NCBI RefSeq assembly: GCF_009914755.1
Contig: NC_060943.1
DNA: 64,000 bases
Strand: one strand, 5' to 3'
Source of the DNA: the human T2T-CHM13v2.0 reference genome, Homo sapiens
Position 1 is the stretch's first letter. Each line of letters begins with the position of its first letter. Positions 58,401 through 64,000 of the stretch are shown here, one piece after another. Below the pieces are notes generated by a model that was not told where the DNA came from, did not search any database, and saw nothing but the letters and a program-made list of their open reading frames with translations. A program made the translations under genes and the position numbers.

Positions 58401-60494
58401 GCTGAAAAATATCCCTTTGCAGATTGTACAAAAAGACTGTTTCCAAACTGATGAATCAAAAGAAAGGTTCAACACTTTGAGATGAATGGACACAACACAA
58501 ATAAGTTTCTCATAATGCTTCTGTATAATTTTTATGTGAAGATACTTCTTTTTCACCGTAGGCCTCAAACAGCTTGGAATTATCCATTTGCAGATTGTAC
58601 AAAAAGACTGATTCCAAACTGTTCAATCAAAAGGAACGTTCAAATCTGTGAGAGGAATGCACACATCACAAAGAAGTTTCTCAGAAAGCTTCTGTTTAGT
58701 TTTTATGTGGAGATATTTCCTTTTTCACTATAGGCCTTGAAGCACTACAAATATCCATTTGTAGAGTCTACAAAAGAGTTTTTCCAAACTGCTCCATCAA
58801 AAGAAAGGTTGAACTGTGAGAGATGAAGCATACAGAACAAAGAAGTTTCTCAGAAATATTCTGTCTAGTTTTTATGTGAAGATATTTCCTATTTCACCAT
58901 AGGCCATAAAGTTCTCACAAATATCCCTTTGCAGATTCTACAAAAACAGTGTTTCCAAACTGTTCAATCAAAGAAAGGTTCAACCCTCTGAGACGAATGC
59001 AGGCATCACAAAGAAGTTTCTCAGAATTCTTCTCTCTAGTTGTTATGTGAAGATATTTTCTTTTTCACCATAGGCCTCATAGCATTCCAAATGCCCATTT
59101 GCAAATTCTACAAAAAGACTGTTTCCAAACTGCTCAATAAAAACAAACGTTCATCTCTGTGAGATGAAATCATACATCACAAAGAAGTTTCTCAGTGAAC
59201 TTCTGTCTAGTTTTTATGTGAAGATATTTCCTTTTTCACCATAGTACTTAAACTGCTCACAAATATCCCTCTGCAGAAACTTCAAAAAGACTCTTTCCAA
59301 ACTGCTCCATCAAAGGAAAGGTTCGTCTCTGTGAGATGAATGCACACAGAGCAAAGAAGTTTCTAAGAATGCTTCTGTCTAGTTTTTATGTGAAGATACT
59401 TCATTTTTCACCATAGGCCCTAACTGCTCACAAATATCGCTCTGCAGTTACTACAAAAAGACTCCTTCCAACGTGCACCATCAAAAGAAACGTTCAGCTC
59501 TGTGAGATGCATGCACACATCACAAAGGAGTTTCTCAAAATGCCTTTGTCTAGTTTTTATGTGTAGATATTTCCTTTTCAACATAGGCCTCAAAGTGCTC
59601 CAAATATCCACTTGCAGATTCTACAAATAGACGGTTTCCAAACTGCTCAATCAAAAGAAAGGTTCAACTCTGTGAGATGAATGCAAACATCAAAAAGAAG
59701 GTTCTCAGAAAGCTTCTGTCTGCTTTTATGTGAAGATATTTCCTATTTCATCATAGGCCATAAAGGGCTCACAAATATCCCTTTACAGATCCTACGAAAA
59801 GACTGTTTACAAAATGCTCAATCAAAAGAAAGTTTCAACTCTGTGAGATGAATGGACACATCCAAAAGAAGTTTCTCAGAATGCTTCTGTCTAGTTTTTA
59901 TGTGAGGATGTTTCTTTTTCACCATAGGCCTAAAACAGCTCAGAAATATCCCTTTGCAGATTCTACAAGAAGACTGTTTCGAATCTGCTCCATCAAAAGA
60001 AGGGCTCAACTCTTTGAGATGAATGCAGGCATCACAAAGAAGTTTCTCAGAATGCTTCCATCTGGTTTTATGTGAAGATATTTCCTTTTTCACCGTATAC
60101 CTCAAAGGGCTCCAAGTATCCATTTGTAGATTCCACAAAAATGCTTTTTCCAAACTGCTCAATCAAAAGAAAGGTTCAACTCTGAGAGACGAAAGCATAC
60201 ATCATAAAGAAGTTTCTCAGAAAGCTTCTGTCTAGTTTTTATTTGAAGATATTTCCTATTCCACAGTAGGCCATACAGGGCTCAAAAATATCCCTTTGCA
60301 GATTCTATGAAAAGACTGTTTCAAAATTGCTCAATCAAAAGAAAGTTTCAAATCTGGGAGATGAATGGACACATTACAAAGAAGTTTTTTAGAATACTTC
60401 TGTCTAGTTTTTATGTGAAGAAATTTCCTTTTTCACCATAGGCCTCAAAGTGCTCCAAATATGCATTTGTAGATTCTACAAAAAACTGAATTCT
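46481..60494 (-). repeat. Monomeric alpha satellite, mixed 171/172-bp types
   Basis: Irregular mix of gctccaaatatccatttgc and gctcacaaatatccctttgc units. Confidence 0.98.
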
Positions 60495-60672
60495 TTTTTT
60501 TTTTTGATTTGGAAATACTACTTTATTCCTTTATAATCAATATATATATCTTAATACTTTCTGTGTGTCAGATAATACACTGGGTCCTGAGGAAAACAAG
60601 GTATAAAAATAATTTTTCTCATACTTGAGAAGATTTCAGTCTAGCGGGGAATGATTGAGAGGAGTCATTTCC
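60495..60672 (-). mobile_element. Short L1-mediated retroposed insert (orphan 3' transduction or retrocopy 3' end), body resembling a decayed L2 3' end
   Basis: T12 tract 60494-60505; tttatt (AATAAA on -) 60522-60527; flanking direct repeats caaaaaactgaattct / caaaaagactgatttct. Confidence 0.85.
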
Positions 60673-63600
60673 CAAAAAGACTGATTTCTAAATGCTCCAT
60701 GAAAAGAGAGGATCAACTCTGTGAGATGAAGGCACACATCACAAAGAACTTACTCAGAGTGTTTCCGTTTAGTTTTTATGTGAAGATGTTCCCTATTTCA
60801 CCATAGGCATTAAACTGCGCACAAATATCCCTCTGCAGATAATACAAAAGGACGGGTTCCAAACTGCTCCATCAAAAGAAATGTTCAACTCTGTGAGATG
60901 AATGCACACATCGCAAAGTAGTTTCTCAGAAAGCTTCTGCTTAGTTTTTATGTGAAGATATTTCCTTTTTCACAATAGGCCTTAAAACGCTCAAAATATC
61001 CATTTGCAGATTCTACAAAAAGACTGTTTCCAAACTGCTCAATCAAAAAGAGGTTCAACTCTGTGAGATGAATGCAAACATCACAAAGAACTTTCTCAGA
61101 AACATCTGTCTGCTTTTAAGTTGAAGACATTTCCTATTTCACCATAGACCATAAAGGGCTTACAAATATCCCTTTGCAGATTCTACAAAAAGAATTTTTC
61201 CAAACTGCTCAATCAGAAGAAAGTTTCAACACTGTGAGATGAATGGACATATCACAAAGAATTTTCTCAGAAAGCTTCTGTCTAGTTTTTTATGTGAGGA
61301 TATTTATTTTTAATCATAGGCCTCAACAGCTCAGAAATATCACTTTGCAGATTGTACAAGAAGACTGTTTCGAAACTGCTCCATCAATAGAAAGGTTCAA
61401 CACTTTGAGATGAATGCAGGCATCACAAAGAAGTTTCTCAGGATGCTTCTGTCTAGTTTCTATGTGAAGATATTTCCTTTTTTACCATAGGCCTCAAAGT
61501 GCTATAAATATCCATTTGCAGATTCTACAAAAAGACTGTTTCCAAACTTCTCAATCAAAAGAAGGATTCAAATGTCTGAGATGAACCAACACATTATAAA
61601 GAAGTTTCAAAGAATGCTTCTGTCTAGTATTTATGTGGAGATATTCGCTTTTTCATCATAGGCCTTAAACCGGACACAAATATCCCTCTGCAGATACTTC
61701 AAAAAGACTCTTTTGGAACTTCTCCATCAAAAGAAAGTTTCAACTTTGTGAGATGAATGCACACATCACCAAGAAGTTTCTCAGACAGACTCAGTCTAGT
61801 TTTTATGCGAAGATATTTCCTTTTTCACCATAGTCCTCAAAGCGCTCCAAATATCCATTTGCAGATTCTACAAAAAGACTGTTTCCAACTGCTCAATCAA
61901 AAGAAAGTTTCAACTCTGTGAGATGAAAGCATACATCACAAAGAAATTTCTCAGAAATCTTCTGTCTTCTTTTTATGTGAAGATATTTCCTATTTCACCA
62001 TAGGCCATAAAGAGCTCAAAAATATCCCTGTGCAGATTCTTCGAAAACACTGCTTCCAAATGCTCAATCAAAAGAAAGGTTCAACTCTGTGAGATGAATG
62101 CACACATCACAAAGAAGTTTCTCAGACTCCTTCTGTCTAGTTTTTATGTGAAGACATTCTTTATTCACCATAGGCCTCAAACAGCTCAGAAATATCCATT
62201 TGCAGATTGTACAAAAAGACTGTTTCCAAACTGCTTAATCAAAAGAAAGTTTCAACTCTGTGAAATTAATGCAGGTATCAAAAAGAAGTTTCTCAGAATG
62301 CTTCAGTCTAATTTTTATGTGGAGATATTTCCTTTTTCACTATAGGCCTCAAAGTGCTTCAAATATCCATTTGCAGATTCTACAAAAAGGCTGTTTCCAA
62401 ACTGCTTAATGAAAAGACAGTTTCAAGTCTGTGAGATGAATACACACATCTCTAAGAAGTTTCTTAGAATGATTCTCTCTAGCTTTTATGTGTAGATATT
62501 TTCTTTTTCACCATAGGCCTTAAATCGGTCACAAATATCCCCCAGCAGATACTTCAAAAAGACGTTTCCAAACTGCTCCATCAAAAGAAATATTCAAACC
62601 TCTGAGATGAATGCACACATCACAGTGAAGTTTATCAGAATGCTTCTGTCTAATTTTTAAGTGAAGATATATTCTTTTTCACCATAGGCCTCAAAACCCT
62701 CCAAATATCCACTTGCAGATTATACAAAAAGACTGTTTCTAAACAGCTCAATCAAAAAGAAGGTTCAACTCTGTGAGATGAAAGCATACATCACAAAGAA
62801 GTTCCTCAGAAAGCTACTGTCTAGTTTTGATGTGAAGATATTTTCTATTTCACCATAGGCCACAATGGGCTCACAAGTATCCCTGTTCAGATTCTATGAA
62901 AAGACTGTTTCCAAACTGCTCAAACAAAGGAGAGATTCAACTCTGTGAGACGAATGCACACATCACAAAGAAGTTTCTCAGAGTTATTCTGCCTAGTTTT
63001 TATGTAAAGATATTTCCTTTATCACCATAGGCCTCAAAGCACTCCAAATATCCATTTGAAGATTCTACAAAAAGAGTTTTTCCAACCTGCTCAATCAAAA
63101 GAAAGATTCAACTCTGCGAGATGAAGGCACATGTCACAAAAAAGTTTCTCAGAATGCTTCTGTCCACTTTTTATGTGAAGATATTTCCTTTTTCATCATT
63201 GGCCTCAAAGCGCTCCAAATATCCTTTTACAGATTCTACAAAAAGACTGTTTCCTAACTGCTCAATCAAAGCAAAGGCTTAACTCTGTGAGATGAATGCA
63301 CTCATCACAAACAAGCTTCTCAGATTGCTTCTGTCTAGTTCTGATATTTAGATATTCCTTTTTCACCATAGGGCACAAACGGCTCAAAAATATCCATTTG
63401 CAGATTGTACAAAAAGACTGTTTCCAAATTGCTCAATGAAAAGAAAGGTTCAACTCTGTGAAATGCATGCAGGTATCACAAAGAAGTTTCTCAGAGTGCT
63501 TCTGTCTATTTTTTATATGAAGATATTTCCTTTTCACCATAGACATCAAAGCCCTCCAAATATCCATTTGCAGATTCTAAAAAAATACTGCTTTCAAACT

Positions 63601-64000
63601 GCTCAATCAAAAGGAAGCTTCAACTCTGTAAGATGAATGCACACATCACAAAGTTTCCCAGAATGCTTCTGTCTAGTTTTTATCACAAGATATTTCCTAT
63701 GTAAATGTATGCCTCAAAGCGATTCAAATATCCATTTGAAGATTCTACAAAAAGAGTGTTTCCAACAAGTTCAATCAAAAGAAAATTCAACTTTGTGAGA
63801 TGAATGCACACATCACAAAGAAGTTTCTCTAAACGCTTCTGTATAGTTTTTATGTGAAGATATTTCCTTTTTCACCATAGACCTTAAACACGTCACAAAT
63901 ATCCCTCAGCAGATACTACAAAAAGAGTGTTTCCAAAGTGCTCCATGAAAAGAAAGCTTCAACTCTGTGAGATGAAAGCCTACATCACAAAGAAGTTTCT
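60673..64000 (-). repeat. Monomeric alpha satellite, mixed 171/172-bp types
   Basis: Same unit structure continues to the window end. Confidence 0.98.

Overview
This window is primate (human-like) pericentromeric heterochromatin, not microbial DNA. About 52 kb of the 64 kb is divergent, monomeric ~171-bp alpha satellite with A-type (pJalpha) boxes; I found no intact CENP-B box by eye. The array is interrupted by four decayed LINE-1 pieces (L1PA3/L1PA4-like) and one ~180-bp polyadenylated retroposed insert. No intact protein-coding gene is present: the ORF track consists of satellite read-throughs and broken L1 ORF1/ORF2. I see no evidence for a new biological system. The main structural points are five. 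(1) The satellite flips orientation across a chimeric ~6-kb L1 with no TSD and an internal duplication/inversion junction. (2) Two neighbouring L1 copies share non-consensus ORF2 variants, including a stop at the same codon. (3) A TPRT insertion at ~60.5 kb appears to carry an ancient L2 3' end into much younger satellite. (4) One L1 fragment lacks a tail and TSD and has a templated junction. (5) Multi-monomer duplications of different ages occur, including an apparently perfect 689-bp 4-mer, and the monomer type shifts toward 172-bp ancestral-like units on the right. All alignments were done by eye and consensus comparisons are from memory.
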